Part shown: positions 51,715-64,000 of the stretch, in pieces
How the letters are laid out: every line of letters begins with the position of its first letter
Position numbering within the stretch: position 1 is the stretch's first letter
Assembly: GCA_951406725.2 (NCBI GenBank)
Contig: OX597828.1
Span: 20,956,001 to 21,020,000, forward strand
Direction: 5' to 3'
DNA from: Octopus vulgaris
Lineage: Eukaryota
DNA length: 64,000 nucleotides
Translations under genes and position numbers: made by a program
The notes under the pieces: generated by a model
Seen by the model: the letters and a program-made list of their open reading frames with translations, nothing else
Database searches by the model: none
Told to the model about the DNA's origin: nothing

Positions 51715-52400
51715 CCATCCATCCTTTCCACCTACTATTCCTGACAGGGTTGTAGGAATAGAGTCCTGGGACAACTTTTGCATGAGGTCCTATCATGGAA
51801 GCACTCCGTCGGTTACGACGACGAGGGTTCCGGTTGATCCGAATCAACGGAACAGCCTGCTCGTGAAATTAACGTGTAAGTGGCTGAGCACTCCACAGAT
51901 ACGTGTACCCTTAACGTAGTTCTCGGGGATATTCAGCGTGACACAGAGAGTGACAAGGCCGGCCCTTTGAAATACAGGTACAACAGAAACAGGAAGTAAG
52001 AGTGAGAGAAAGTTGTGGTGAAAGAGTACAGCAGGGATCACCACCATCCCCTGCCGGAGCCTCGTGGAGCTTTAGGTGTTTTCGCTCAATAAACACTCAC
52101 AACGCCCGGTCTGGGAATCGAAACCGCGATCCTACGACCGCGAGTCCGCTGCCCTAACCACTGGGCCATTGCGCCTCCACGAGGTCCTATCAGTACCAAC
52201 CATCAATACATTTTTCGGCTGGGTACCCATATGAGACCTGTCGATAGTATTCGACCATCTCGTTCTTGATCTACCTCTAGGTTTCCTGCCGGGTGGCTTG
52301 GCTTGATGAATCCGTCTTGTGATTCTTTCCTGCGATATTCTAATCACATGTCCGTAACACCAAAGCTGTAACTTATTGTCGTGGAAAAGAAGAGACACGG
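51715..52400 (-). mobile_element. RTE LINE 3' fragment interrupted by SINE C
   Basis: LQLWCYGHVIRISQERITRRIHQAKPPGRKPRGRSRTRW...DRTS matches the RTE W.GHV.R...RGRP..RW region. Confidence 0.8.
51796..52180 (-). mobile_element. tRNA-Arg-like SINE family C, young copy with 12-bp TSD (resembles octopus OR-type SINEs)
   Basis: Head GGCGCAATGGCCCAGTGGTTAGGGCAGCGGACTCGCGGTCG...GGTTTCGATTCCC; TSD GAGGTCCTATCA at 51784-51795 and 52181-52192; relatives at 3870-4110, 21690-21940, 53560-53860 and 56420-57300. Confidence 0.85.
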
Positions 52401-54159
52401 CTTGGAGATGTAATCGATAAAATAGACCTTGCTATTTGATTAGTGTTACTTTTTTTTTTTTAATCATTGAGTCAGAGAATAAGTGCAGTGCTAATGATTG
52501 TTGTCTTTTTAAGGTGTTCTAGAGTGATGAATGAAAGGGATGATAACTCATGTGATACACGTAGGATAACGAGAATCCAAACAATAATGAATCTATTCAT
52601 CGTTAATACATTATGGCAGGTTCAAAAGGCTACATTTAATCGCTGTTGTTTTTCGTCATCGGAGAACACCTACCTTTAGACAATATATATTCATGAGAAA
52701 CCCGATTCATCTGTATAAAGAGACGTCGTTATGTGTCTCTACAGTCGAAGCTACGTTGCGGTACTGATGAATCTAGTAAGAGCACGACCTCTTATTTATA
52801 AGAATTCGCAAAAAAAAAAGAGAAAATTATTTGCTAAAGCATGTAGATATCTGCTAAATAGATAATAATAATTCAAAGGATACATATACAACAGCGAGAA
52901 TCCGAGAAATAACGTATCTATTTATTCGTAAGACGTTATTGAAGACAGGAACGAGAATATCTGATCGTTGTAGTTATGTGCCTCCAGAGAAGACCTTGCA
53001 AAGGGACAGTCTATGCGTGTTCTAAGTCGGGTCACCAATTTATAATGTGACCGTGCGATGCGAGGTGACGAGAATGGCTCTTTAGTACATCACGCAGCCC
53101 TTTCAATAAATATATAAATTGAATGGTACATATAAGTGCCAGAGGGAAAAAGGGAACACAACCACGTAGAATTATTAAAAGAAGATTTATTGATATGTAA
53201 AGAATAAGTCCTAGGATCGGTTTGTTCGACAAAATGCAGTGCTCCAGCATGGCCGGAGTCAAATGACTAAAAGAAATAGAAGAATCGATTATTTCTTGCG
53301 AAATACCGTTCAAGACCTACTGGTTTAAAACGTCAGCAACCAATTTACTCTCAACAGCCGAATCATCGATACAATGTTTTCACTCTATGAGGAGAAGTAA
53401 GTTTTGAAACGTAAGAGCCTACACTGTCCATAGTGTCTGAATTTCTAGAACTTTCCCTCTGAATTTTATTACGTATTTTACTTATCCCTGGAAGGCTGAA
53501 AGGTGAAGTTAATTTCTGACAAGATATGAAGTCAGAACGCAGGGGTTCTGCTTCTTGTTGTTTGTTCCTTTTCCAGCCGTGTCTGGCTCCTAAGGGCCGG
53601 TTTTCCAGTTTCATTGGCGTATAGGTTCCCCTCCTGGACAGGATGCCGGTCCGTCGCAGGTGAGCTGTTAGATGCAGGAAGAAAGAGTGAGAGAAAGTTG
53701 TGGCGAAAGAGTCAGTAGAGGTTCGCCATTACCTTCTGTCGGAGCTGGGTGGGGCTTAGGCGTTTCGCTCATAAACACACACATCGCCTGGTCTGAGATT
53801 CGAACCCGTGATCCTTCGACTGCGAGTCCGCTGCTCTAACCACTAGGCCATATGCCTCCACAAGAGTGCTGCTTAACTTTATTTATTGCAGCTGGTAGAA
53901 TCGTTAACGCGCCAGACAAAATGCTTTGCAGCGTTGCTTCTGGTTCTTTACGTTCTAAGTTCAAATCCTTTTGGTAGAAAGCATTATTATTATGCTCAAC
54001 TGGTTAAGGTCAAACAACTGACAAGCAAATCTGTAGTATTGAGCAGAACATTTGCTGTAGCCCATCTTTTATACAAAGACAAAACAATGTACATGATAAC
54101 ACTTCCAATCAGGTAAGATCAGAAGCCATGAGAGCCACTGCCTGGTACTGCATCAGAGC

Positions 54160-54305
<146 letters not shown>

Positions 54306-54309
54306 CTAT

Positions 54310-54980
54310 CTATCCATTCAGTCGAAGTCGACTCTCGGTCACTCGTTGGATCAGTGTCCTCCAGTCAGTTCTATCCTGGGCCGCTTCCTTCAGATTGGCT
54401 ATGTCCATTCCGGTATCACTCTTGATGGTGTCAAGCCAGCGGGTTCTTGGTCGGCCTCTTCCTCTCTTGCCACTGACCATTCCGAGCATGATGTCCTTCT
54501 CCAGGGATTTTCCCCGCATAATATGATCGAAATATGCCAATCTATGCTTGGTGATCCTAGCTACTAGCGACATTTTCGGCCTGATCTGCTTAAGAACTTC
54601 TCCATTGGTGAGCCTCGCTGTCCATGGAATCCGTAAAAGTCTTCTCCAACACCAAAGCTCGAATGCATTAATTCTCTTCTGGTCAGCTTTCTTTAGTGTC
54701 CAGGTCTCGCATCCATATGTTGCTATTGGGAAGACAATTGCATTCACCAATCTGCATTTGGTAGCGAGTCTGATGTTTCTACTCTTCCAGACCCTGCTCA
54801 TGCTGACCATTGCCTCTCTGCCTAGTACTATCCGCCGTCTTATTTCTGGAGTGCAGTCATCATCTCGATTTATTTTGGAGCCAAGGAAGATGAAATCATC
54901 AACCACTTCGATCTCTTCATTATCGATCTTGATGCTGATGTTTGTTGTAGCTGCTGTTGACATGATCTTCGTTACTGGCA
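54310..54980 (-). mobile_element. 5'-truncated RTE (BovB-like) LINE with an uninterrupted C-terminal ORF
   Basis: TKIM...IEVVDDFIFLGS...EIRRRI...YGCETWTLKKAD...AFELWCWRRLLRIPWTAR...RGRPRTRWLD; followed by a (TAA/TGA)n tail at 54160-54309. Confidence 0.92.
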
Positions 54981-55220
54981 CGAAATGATTAGATTTGGGG
55001 ATTGATCCAGTATCGGACAAGGATCCTGAATTATTTCTCCGGTTTTTCTAACTTTATTTTTGAGAGCAGTTCAGCTCATTTCTTGTATTCTCGTTTGTGA
55101 GAGCAGTCGAGTTTATTTCAGATATTCTCATTTTGAAAACCATCTCTGGCTAATCGTTGAAAGGACGTTGGTGTTGCCTTGGCGGAGGATTGCGCTCTCT
55201 GAGTGCTCTTGTTGTTGTTG

Positions 55221-55281
<61 letters not shown>

Positions 55282-55982
55282 GGCGACGAGCTGGCAGAAT
55301 CATTAACACACTTGACAAAATGCTTTGCGACATTTCATCGGTCTTTACGATCTGAGTTCAAATTCCACCGAGATCAACTGTTTGCTTTTCATCTTTTCGG
55401 GGTCGTTAAAATACATACCAATTGAGTACTGGGATCGATGCAATCGACTTCCCCACTCCTCACAATTGCTGGCATTGGGCCAAAATAAGAACGGATTATT
55501 ATTTTGATGATTTGGTCAATTGTATGATACTATGCTTACTGTTTCAAATATTTCACGTTTAGGCCCTGTCCATTCCTATCTCGTGTTCCTCAACTAGACT
55601 AGGCAGGTACCTTGTATATCTGAAACTTTGGAAATGGGAACCACACCTAAACGTCTCATCAACTACCTTTCTGGAACTTTTCGGTTCACATCTGACTCTT
55701 GCCCATCAACTACCTTTCATCAACTATTCGACTCAGACAGAATAATCTGGGACTTTTCGGCTCACATCTGACTCTTGCCCTACCTACTGTTATTTCCTGC
55801 TCCTTAAAGTAGGCGGATACCCGCTAAGTACGGAATGCTGGATCTGGGAAATACGATCCGGCATTCAAGAAAAAATACTGAAAGGTAATTATTCCAGCCT
55901 TGTAACTTACTAACTCGATGGAATTGTTAGAGTGTCGGGGAAAAGATTGCCCAGCGGCATTTGTTTCGGCTTTTAACTGTTA

Positions 55983-56385
55983 TGAAGTGATATCAAAAAG
56001 TTCCCGGACTAGTATGTTTAATAAAAAAAAAAAATTATAATTTATTTACCATAATTTTAACATCATCCCCTTGGAAATAGTCACCTTGCGCAGCAATACA
56101 CCGGTCCCAGCATTCCTGTCAATTTTGGGTTCCGACCTGGAAGTCGTTTTCCGTAAGCGAATCGAGGACCTTCTGCGATTCGTTCTTGATCTCAATAACG
56201 GCGTTAAAACGGTGACCTTTGAGCTGCATTTTCATCTTGGAAAAGAAACGAGAGTTTGCAGGTGTTAAATCTGGTGAATGATTCGGATGCAGAAGCGATG
56301 CCATGTTGGTTTTGGTGAGAAACTCGCGAGTGAAGAAGAGCAAAGTGACAGAGTGCATTGCCGTCGTGAAGAATCCAATTCGCAT
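55983..56385 (-). mobile_element. mariner transposon 3' fragment
   Basis: WILHDGNA and HPNHSPDLTP..FFSKMKMQLKGHRF...WDRCIAAQGDYF across frameshifts (mariner HDNA/YSPDLAP region); terminal TA-TGAAGTGATATCAAAAAGTTCCCGGACT. Confidence 0.85.
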
Positions 56386-56552
56386 CAGGGTTTTTACATT
56401 CTGCGTTAAATGGCATTCTGTCAGCTACGGCGACAGCGGTTCCAGTTGATGCTCGTGAGATTAACGTGCAAGTGGCTGAGTACTCCGCAAACACGTGTAC
56501 CCTTAACATAGTTCTCGGTGGGATTCAGCGTGACACAGAATGTGACAAAGCT

Positions 56553-57128
56553 CGGAAAGACTTCCGCCCGTCCCCACCACCACCATTTTCTCACAAATTT
56601 GTTTATTTCTAAAAATTCTTTTGCCAAAAACCCCCGTTTTCGGGTACGGAGGTTCCGGAATTTTGCCAAAAATCGGCATTGTGAAATTCTCAAATTCTTA
56701 AATTTTGACTTTTTTTCCGCAACACTAACCCTAAAACCCTAACCCTAAAACCCCAACCATAACCATAACCCTAACCCTAACCCTAAAACCCTAACCCTAA
56801 CCCTAAAACCCTAACCCTAACCCCAAAACCCCAACCCTAACCCTAACCCTAACCCTGAAACCCTAACCCTAACCGTAACTACAGAAATGTTTTGAAAATT
56901 TTGTCAGAATCGTAATGTCCGTATTTTTCCGCATATTTTGTGAAAAAAAATTTCTGAAAAAGTAAAAATAAAGGAAATGGGGGTGGGGGTGGTAATTTAA
57001 AAATACCGATTTTTGCCAATTTTTTTGTAGATTCGTATTCCACATAGCCGAAAAGCAGGGGTTTGTGTCGAAAAATATGTAAAAAAAAGAGGGGTTTTTT
57101 TTTGAGGGGGACGGGCAGAAATTTGGCC
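56553..57128. mobile_element. 576-bp TIR element with an internal telomere-like array, inserted in a family C SINE
   Basis: TIR core TTCCGCCCGTCCCC / GGGGACGGGCAGAA; flanking direct repeat CAAAGCT at 56546-56552 and 57129-57135; the host SINE resumes after the insert. Confidence 0.75.
56725..56879. repeat. Interstitial (CCCTAA)n/(CCCTAAAA) telomere-like array
   Basis: Directly visible. Confidence 0.9.
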
Positions 57129-57851
57129 CAAAGCTCATTCTTTGAAATACAAGTACAACTCATTTTTTGCCAGCTGAGTAGACTGCAGCAACATGAAATA
57201 AAGTATCTTACTCAAGGACACACAGTGTCGCCTGGAATCGATCTCGCTATCTTATGATCGAGAGTCGAATACCTTAACCACTGATCCACGCGCCCTTACA
57301 CGTTCTGAGTTGAAATCCCGCTGAAGTCAACGTTGTCTTTCATCATTTCCGTGTCGATAAAATTCATTTAGCCTCGTCCCGCCAAATAACCGGTTTGTGT
57401 CTAAATTAGAAGCATTTATTTTCATGGATTTATTGGAAGAATAAATAAGGACAGCAGCGTTTTTGCGCAGAGCATGCGAGACTTGGGGGGGGAAATCAAG
57501 GATCTGGGCTGAATATTCGGAACAGTGAGGATTCCATTCAAGTCACAGACAAACCAACCAGTGGCGATGGTCGCGGTGGTAACGGCAGCGGCGGCGATGT
57601 TAAACCAGGTGACGAATGAAGTCTGCCATCCAAGAACGGGAAACCCGGCCCCGCACCTCATAAGCTTCCGCACAGTTTTCGTGTATCAAATTCCATTCCG
57701 TCTATGCAGTCTAAGAACGTCACTGGGAGAACCGAAAACTATATCAGAAGACACTTGCTCAATGTGCCACACAATGGTGTCGGAACCGAAGAACTTATGA
57801 AGGTGAAGCGAACATTTTAACCACGCAGCTATGCTTCTGTCTGTTTGTCTG

Positions 57852-57912
<61 letters not shown>

Positions 57913-57924
57913 GTGACTTCATTG

Positions 57925-58215
57925 ACCGAGGTTACCGTGGTCTTTTCCGTAGGCTTTTCTTTCCACGGGTAAACCTCACCTGTCCTCCCCTTTACACTTC
58001 ATATTGACATTTCTGTGATAACGATCCCTATTGATCATTTTTTCCTCCCCCACCCCATTTTATATTTTTTTTATCACCCCTTTTTTGTCCTCTTTCTTTC
58101 CTTTTACAATCCCTTTTGATCGAAAACCAAACCCCCTTTGTTTACCCCCAAAAGAAAAGCTCTACCTTGTAATTTGTCCTGTCTGTGTGCAGCCCTGTGT
58201 GGCTAATAAAGAAAC
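57925..58215 (+). mobile_element. Probable Tx1/L1-like LINE 3' UTR within (TATC)n
   Basis: Pyrimidine-rich; ends TTGTCCTGTCTGTGTGCAGCCCTGTGTGGCTAATAAAGAAA, similar to 29030-29075. Confidence 0.45.
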
Positions 58216-58346
58216 ATATCTATCTATCTATCTATCTACGTCTCTCTCTCTGTCTGTCTGTCTGTCTGTCTAACTCTGGCTTTCTCTCATTTTCCATTTC
58301 ACTTTCTCTCTCTCACAGTCTTTTTTACCCTCACTTTCTCTTCGAA

Positions 58347-58512
58347 GAGTGGCTGTGTGGTAAGTAGCTTGCTTACCAACCACATGGTTCCGGGTTCAGT
58401 CCCACTGTGGCACCTTGGTCAAGTGTCTTCTCCTATAGCCACGGGTCGACCAAAGCCTTGTGAGTGGATTTGGTAGACGGAAACTGAAAGAAGCCCGTCG
58501 TATATATGTATG

Positions 58513-58547
<35 letters not shown>

Positions 58548-58752
58548 CTGTGTCTGTATTTTCCTCCCGGCATCGCTTGACAACCGATGCTGGTGTGTTT
58601 GCGTCCCCGTAACTTAGCGGTTCGACAAAAGAGAACGATAGAATGAGCACTAGGCTTACAAAGAATAAGTCTTGGGGTCGATTTGCTCGACTAAAGGCGG
58701 TGCTCCAGCATGGCCGCAGTCAAATGACTGAAACAAGTAAAAGAGTAAAAGA
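58347..58752 (+). mobile_element. SINE family A
   Basis: Near-identical to the other copies. Confidence 0.9.
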
Positions 58753-58763
58753 GATAGATAGAT

Positions 58764-58917
<154 letters not shown>

Positions 58918-60438
58918 GGGAAAAAAATCAAGCTAAAGGGAGATCACTGAGGAAACTGAAACGGCAAGAAGATAAAGAACTCTTTACAAAGGGAAGTAAC
59001 CAACGAGAGAAAACTACAGTTCCAGTAACAACAGGAGTCGCGACAGCGTCAACGAAGGAGCATTTCTATGTGGTTGCACTTTCCACCTAGAAATAGCAAC
59101 CAAATATTTCTCAACTAACACTATGCAGTCGAAAATAAAGATCACATTGGAAATTTGTTTTAATTGTTTCAGTCACTGGACAGCGGCCATGCTGGGGCAC
59201 CGCTTTGAAGGGGTTTTAGTTGAATGAATCTTTCCCGATCCTTATTATTTTAAAGCCTGGTATTTATTCTATCGGTCTCTATGCCGAACTGCTACATTAC
59301 GGCGACATAAACTAACCAACACCGGTGGTGTACAAAAACATAAGCATACACACAAACACGCACACATACATTCGTGCACAAACACATACATACGTGTGCA
59401 TGCATGTATGTATGTGTGTGTGTGTGTGTGTATACTATGTACGACGGGCTTCATTTAGTTTCCGTCTACCAAATACACTCACAAGGCTTTTGTCGGCCCG
59501 AGGGTATAGCAGAAGACAGTTGCCCGCGGTGCCATGTGATTTGGAACCAAGCTTCCTACCTCGCAATCACAAAAGAAAACTGAGAAAATAAAATAAAATA
59601 AAAAGAAGGACGGGTTAGTCACGACTAGAACGCTTCTCATCGTAGCTTCGATTCGAGGACAAACATCGACAAAGGCAGCTGTTTTTTTGCTTGCGTGTCT
59701 TTTTTAGTAATCACGTTGATGATGGTGGTGGTCGTGGTGGTGGTAATGATGATGGTGGTGGTGGTGGTAATGATGATGGTGGTGGTGGTGGTGGTAATGA
59801 TGATGATGATGATGATGATGATGATGGTGGTGGCGGTGGTGGTGATAATGGTGGTGGCGGTGGTGGTGGTAATGATGATGATGGTGGTGGTGTTAGTGGT
59901 GGTGGTGTGATAGTGGTGGTGGTATTGGTGGTGGTGGTAATGGTGGTGATGATGTTGGTGGAGAGTAATTGCTTTCAGTGTCAGTTGCTTGTATCGCTGG
60001 ATACTGCTAATGATAAATGCTGATTATGGTAAGTCATCATCATCATCACCACCATCACCAGCACCAGCACCACCACCACCATCGCCGACGTCATCTTTGA
60101 GTATGAAGGCAATAAAAAAATGAAATAACGATGATAGCAATAGCAATGACGATAATGATGATGATGATGATGATTCCGATGATGATGCTGGTGGAGGGGG
60201 TGGCGACGGCGGCAGCTATATATTTTGTATTCCTGCTTTTATTTATTTACTTATTCATTCGTTTATTTATTTACTTATTTATTTGTTTGTTTATTTATTT
60301 ACTTATTTATTTACTTATTTACTGAAGGAATGCCTCGGCGAGAAATGCTAAATATTAGTTACAGCATGTTTACTTTTCCGTTACAGTGTATGCATACATG
60401 CACTGTGTGTGTGTGTGTGTGTGCGTGTGTGTGCGTGC

Positions 60439-60478
<40 letters not shown>

Positions 60479-61084
60479 GTGTGTGTGCGTGTGTGTGTGC
60501 ACGCGTGTGCCTCTATGTGTGTGTATGTGTGCACCCATGTACTTATATTTGTGTGTGACTGACACCTGTAAGTGATTGTGTGTCTGCTTGTATAGGTGTG
60601 TGTGTGTGTATGTGTGCCTATATGCTTGTGTGTGTCTGTCTACCCATATTATGTATGAGTCCACGTGTGCGTATGCGTTTGCCCGTATATGTGCGTACGT
60701 CAGTATGTTTGTATGTGTATGTATATCTACCCCTGTTTGAGCATGTCTGTGCATGTGTTTGTGTGTGTGCGTGTGTGTGTGTGTGTCAGTATGTGTGCCT
60801 GTATGTGTGATCACGTGCGTATGTGAAATAAGACACGAGCTCATCAGAATATTTTGACTCATAAGAGCATTGTTTGACTCATCTTAATTGAAATATATTA
60901 CTCATTGAAAAGGCTCAACGACTTATGGTAAATTATACATAGCTTGGAGCTATGATTTCAGTCTCAGATGAAGAAATAACATGGAATATATATATATTTA
61001 TATAAATGTATGAGTGTGTGTATATCCCAGTAATAGGTATATGTACGTTTGTGTATGTGTTCATGTGTTTGTATGTGTATATAG

Positions 61085-61144
<60 letters not shown>

Positions 61145-61217
61145 GTAACGAGGCAGACATTCAACAAGTAGCAGGAACCGAAAAATGATAATGTTGTGTT
61201 TTAGTCTTTGTACAGTA

Positions 61218-61729
61218 CCGTAAATCCTCGAGTGTAATCCGCATTTTTTTCTCAAACTTTAAAGGTCAAAATCCCTAGTGCGTACTATATATGAGGTTAA
61301 AAATGAAAAATATTTTTTAAGCAATGTCCGAGTCTCTATTTGCTGTTTATTCAGACGCATTTTGTGATGCCAGATGGGAAAATACCTTAAGCTAAGCCTG
61401 AAAGCAATGAAGTCTTAAAAGAATCATCTATAACTTGCAGTAAGCAACATTTATTAAAATAAAAGTATTCAGAATACAGAATAAAATGTAACAAAAACAA
61501 TTTGCAAACATATTTACATTTCCATATAACAGTTAAGAACATCACCATTATTGTATTATGCATGCGCGGAAGTGTTTGTTCGACTAGGTGCTGCTGGCTT
61601 AAGTACGCACGTCTCAACTTAGAGAAGGAGTGCGTATTATACACAAGGTTTAGGTGTTTCAGAGGTACAGCCCCCTAAAAATCCCCTGCGTATTATACTC
61701 AAGGGCGGACTATACTCGAAGATTTACGG
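61218..61729. mobile_element. Tc1/mariner-superfamily (Tc2/pogo-like) MITE
   Basis: TA|CCGTAAATCCTCGAGTGTAATCCGC ... GCGGACTATACTCGAAGATTTACGG|TA. Confidence 0.85.
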
Positions 61730-62611
61730 TACTTAAAACATACAATCTGTTACACAAGCTTCAGGATCAAGATGTAGTGTAATCACTGCTGGACAACAAG
61801 ACCACGTGCCATTACTCACCGAGCAAAACCAAAATATCTACTAATTAGAATAAAACGAGGAAAAAATAAAACATAAATTATATGTCCTAAGTATTGTATA
61901 AAAATCATATCTAGCCCCATCAACGTTAGTGCCTCTCTGGTTATTAAACAGTCTGAAATATTAAGATTCCGTCCGAGAGTTAGAGTTTAGCATATTCTAT
62001 ATGGACCTCTAATTCGTAAAGTTAGCAGTGTACTTACTGATAGTTTAACACTTTACATATTCTTATACAATAGTCAAGCCAATTACATTTGGAAACTGAG
62101 AGAGTTCAGCGCAGATTACAGTACCAAGTGAAGATATAAGATTCAGACCTTATATAATCAGGTCATAAAATGCCAACTTTGTACAGCAGGAAAAGGCAGA
62201 TATTGTTTAAGTTAAATAAGAAATAAAATTGATAATTGCTTGGTTTTCAGTACTGAATTATTGAATATGTGTTCACTGATTGATAAATTTATATGAGGCC
62301 ATTGGAAAATTACACTTTCACTAGACTAATACTGACTCTGTTGTGCATTTGACATCCTCCAATACAGAAGATATTGCATATTAGACACTTCATGAAACTT
62401 TACACACTTCCCGTTTCATTAAACACATAATTTCCGTACGCATAACATGATATAGGAAATCCCAAGTTAACATGACTTTCATAGTAGATAGCACATTATA
62501 TCTGACAGAAAGTTACGTTTGTCTAACGAAAGAAACACTTATTAACAAATGTGGTTGTTTTTCACAGCTGTACAACATGGCCGTTTTGTATATAAATATA
62601 TGCACGCATAC

Positions 62612-62674
<63 letters not shown>

Positions 62675-62862
62675 TACACACACACACACACGTAGTGGTT
62701 TGCTGGTCCACGTTCGCACTAGTTCGCGCAAACCACTTTTTTTTAAAAATAAGAACATGTTAATTTTTTGCGAAAGAAAGGCAGAAAATTGAAATGGATG
62801 ATGTCAATCATTTTTTGCTTTCCTTCTCTCTCTCATCTTTCTTTCTCTCTCTTTATCTCCCA

Positions 62863-62935
<73 letters not shown>

Positions 62936-63779
62936 TGTATAGACTAATAGAGTTAGTTGCAGGAGAGACACTCATGAAAAGTGAGGCTGAGCATCATTAC
63001 CATTTCGGCACTTTTTCACATTATCATTCTTCCTGGAAGTACCGAGCCTCCTTAATATTACCACAGAACGATCAGGTTCTCTTAACCTACATTGACTCTA
63101 TTATTCCACCTTCTCATCCACGCTGCCTCCACACCAACTGGATGCAAATCGGTATTGATTCCTCTAACATTGACGATACTGCATTGCATCGAATAGATAA
63201 TACTGCATCAGCAAGGATATTCAAGATTGGCTTGATTACTCAAGATTTTATAATGGCTTGAACTTATGACATGGCCAGACATAACATATTTGATGACATA
63301 AACGACGCACTCCACTTTCAGCAGCGCGTTTTCAGAAGAAGAAAATCATAGACGAACAAAATTAGCTTATGAGAGGCCCAACGTCGCATGTAGGGTCTGG
63401 GTTGACTTTTGGAGATTTTTTTGCATAACAATACGTTTTATATGTCATCAAATATGGTAATCTTCGAGGGATGACTTGCATGCTGCCAAAGCATTCTCCC
63501 AGCAATGCACAGCCTCCATATTGATGACAGCCAGCAGTGTCGGACGGCAGTGTTCAAGTGTTTATATGTAGATGTATATAGGACCGTCAATGTGGTCGCC
63601 CGATCTGTTAGAAATAGCAGCCAAAATCTCTTTTGTTTTAAAGATGAAAGGACACGTTGTCTGAAGTAAAAAAAAAAAAAGAAAATGGAATCTTCATGAC
63701 CGGAATGTCTTTGATTGTAAATCTGATCAGTTAGAACTGACCTACAGCTTGACAACAATAATTATGACATATGTGTGTG

Positions 63780-64000
63780 AGAGAGGGGGTGGGGGGGAAG
63801 AAAGGGGGAGTGTGTGTGCGCGCGCGCGTCTGCCTGCTAATTTATGTGAGATAAATGAAGATTACACACCCAAACTGCAGTTTTATTTCGTCGGTCAACG
63901 GTACACGTTACCAGGGACTTGAAAGTAATAACGCGACTGTAATCAGTGTAGCAAGTGTAGATTAAAGGCTGTCGTCTGCAATGAATCAGGGGGCTGCGCC
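63780..64000. promoter_or_regulatory. Candidate regulatory element running off the window end
   Basis: CpG-retaining sequence not repeated in the window, after a G-rich/(CG)n tract; contains CTAATTTAT, AGATAA and three TAATC/GATTA cores. Confidence 0.3.

Noticed and set aside
52095-52180. tRNA-Arg gene (and similar tRNA-like heads elsewhere)
   Set aside because: It is the head of a TSD-flanked SINE and the cloverleaf is imperfect.
52670-52781. Small AG...GT-bounded exon candidates on both strands (37 nt minus, 31 nt plus)
   Set aside because: Not frame-preserving, no recognisable peptide, and compatible with chance.
56725-56879. True telomere or chromosome-fusion scar
   Set aside because: Short, degenerate, in one orientation only and enclosed in a TIR/TSD element.
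60800-60860. Additional hammerheads at CTGATGA sites (60841-60847 minus; also near 9670 and 52764 plus)
   Set aside because: No correctly placed helix II, GAAA and UH.
62794-63261. 155-aa ORF
   Set aside because: The first third is (CT)n and the rest has no recognisable domain; it may be a decayed LINE end on the opposite strand.

Overview
Eukaryotic, extremely repeat- and microsatellite-rich DNA. The SINE families and the (TA)n/(CA)n/(GAT)n load resemble an octopus (cephalopod) genome; this is an inference. I can support no intact host protein-coding exon: most long ORFs are translated microsatellites and the rest are transposon fragments. Recognisable content: three tRNA-derived SINE families in many copies; LINE fragments (several RTE, HERO/NeSL-type, I-group, Tx1/L1-like, CR1-like); a dead full-length Buster-type hAT transposon nested inside the TIR of a Mutator-like element; mariner, Tc2/pogo, piggyBac-like and hAT MITEs; a TIR element carrying (CCCTAA)n; two U2 snRNA 5' fragments; and a ~1.6-kb tandem duplication that is probably an assembly artefact. 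The best leads are structured RNAs: (1) a 135-bp-arm Penelope-like fold-back with a minimal hammerhead in which the C3-G8 pair is swapped to G3-C8; (2) a HERO 3' UTR with hammerhead core nucleotides in a permuted, multi-pseudoknotted order; (3) a third, degenerate hammerhead-like motif. Other leads are a UGC-dense cluster beside a candidate minus-strand microexon, an apparent CpG-decay boundary near 14 kb, and several homeodomain/nuclear-receptor motif clusters. All calls were made by eye, without searches or folding software.
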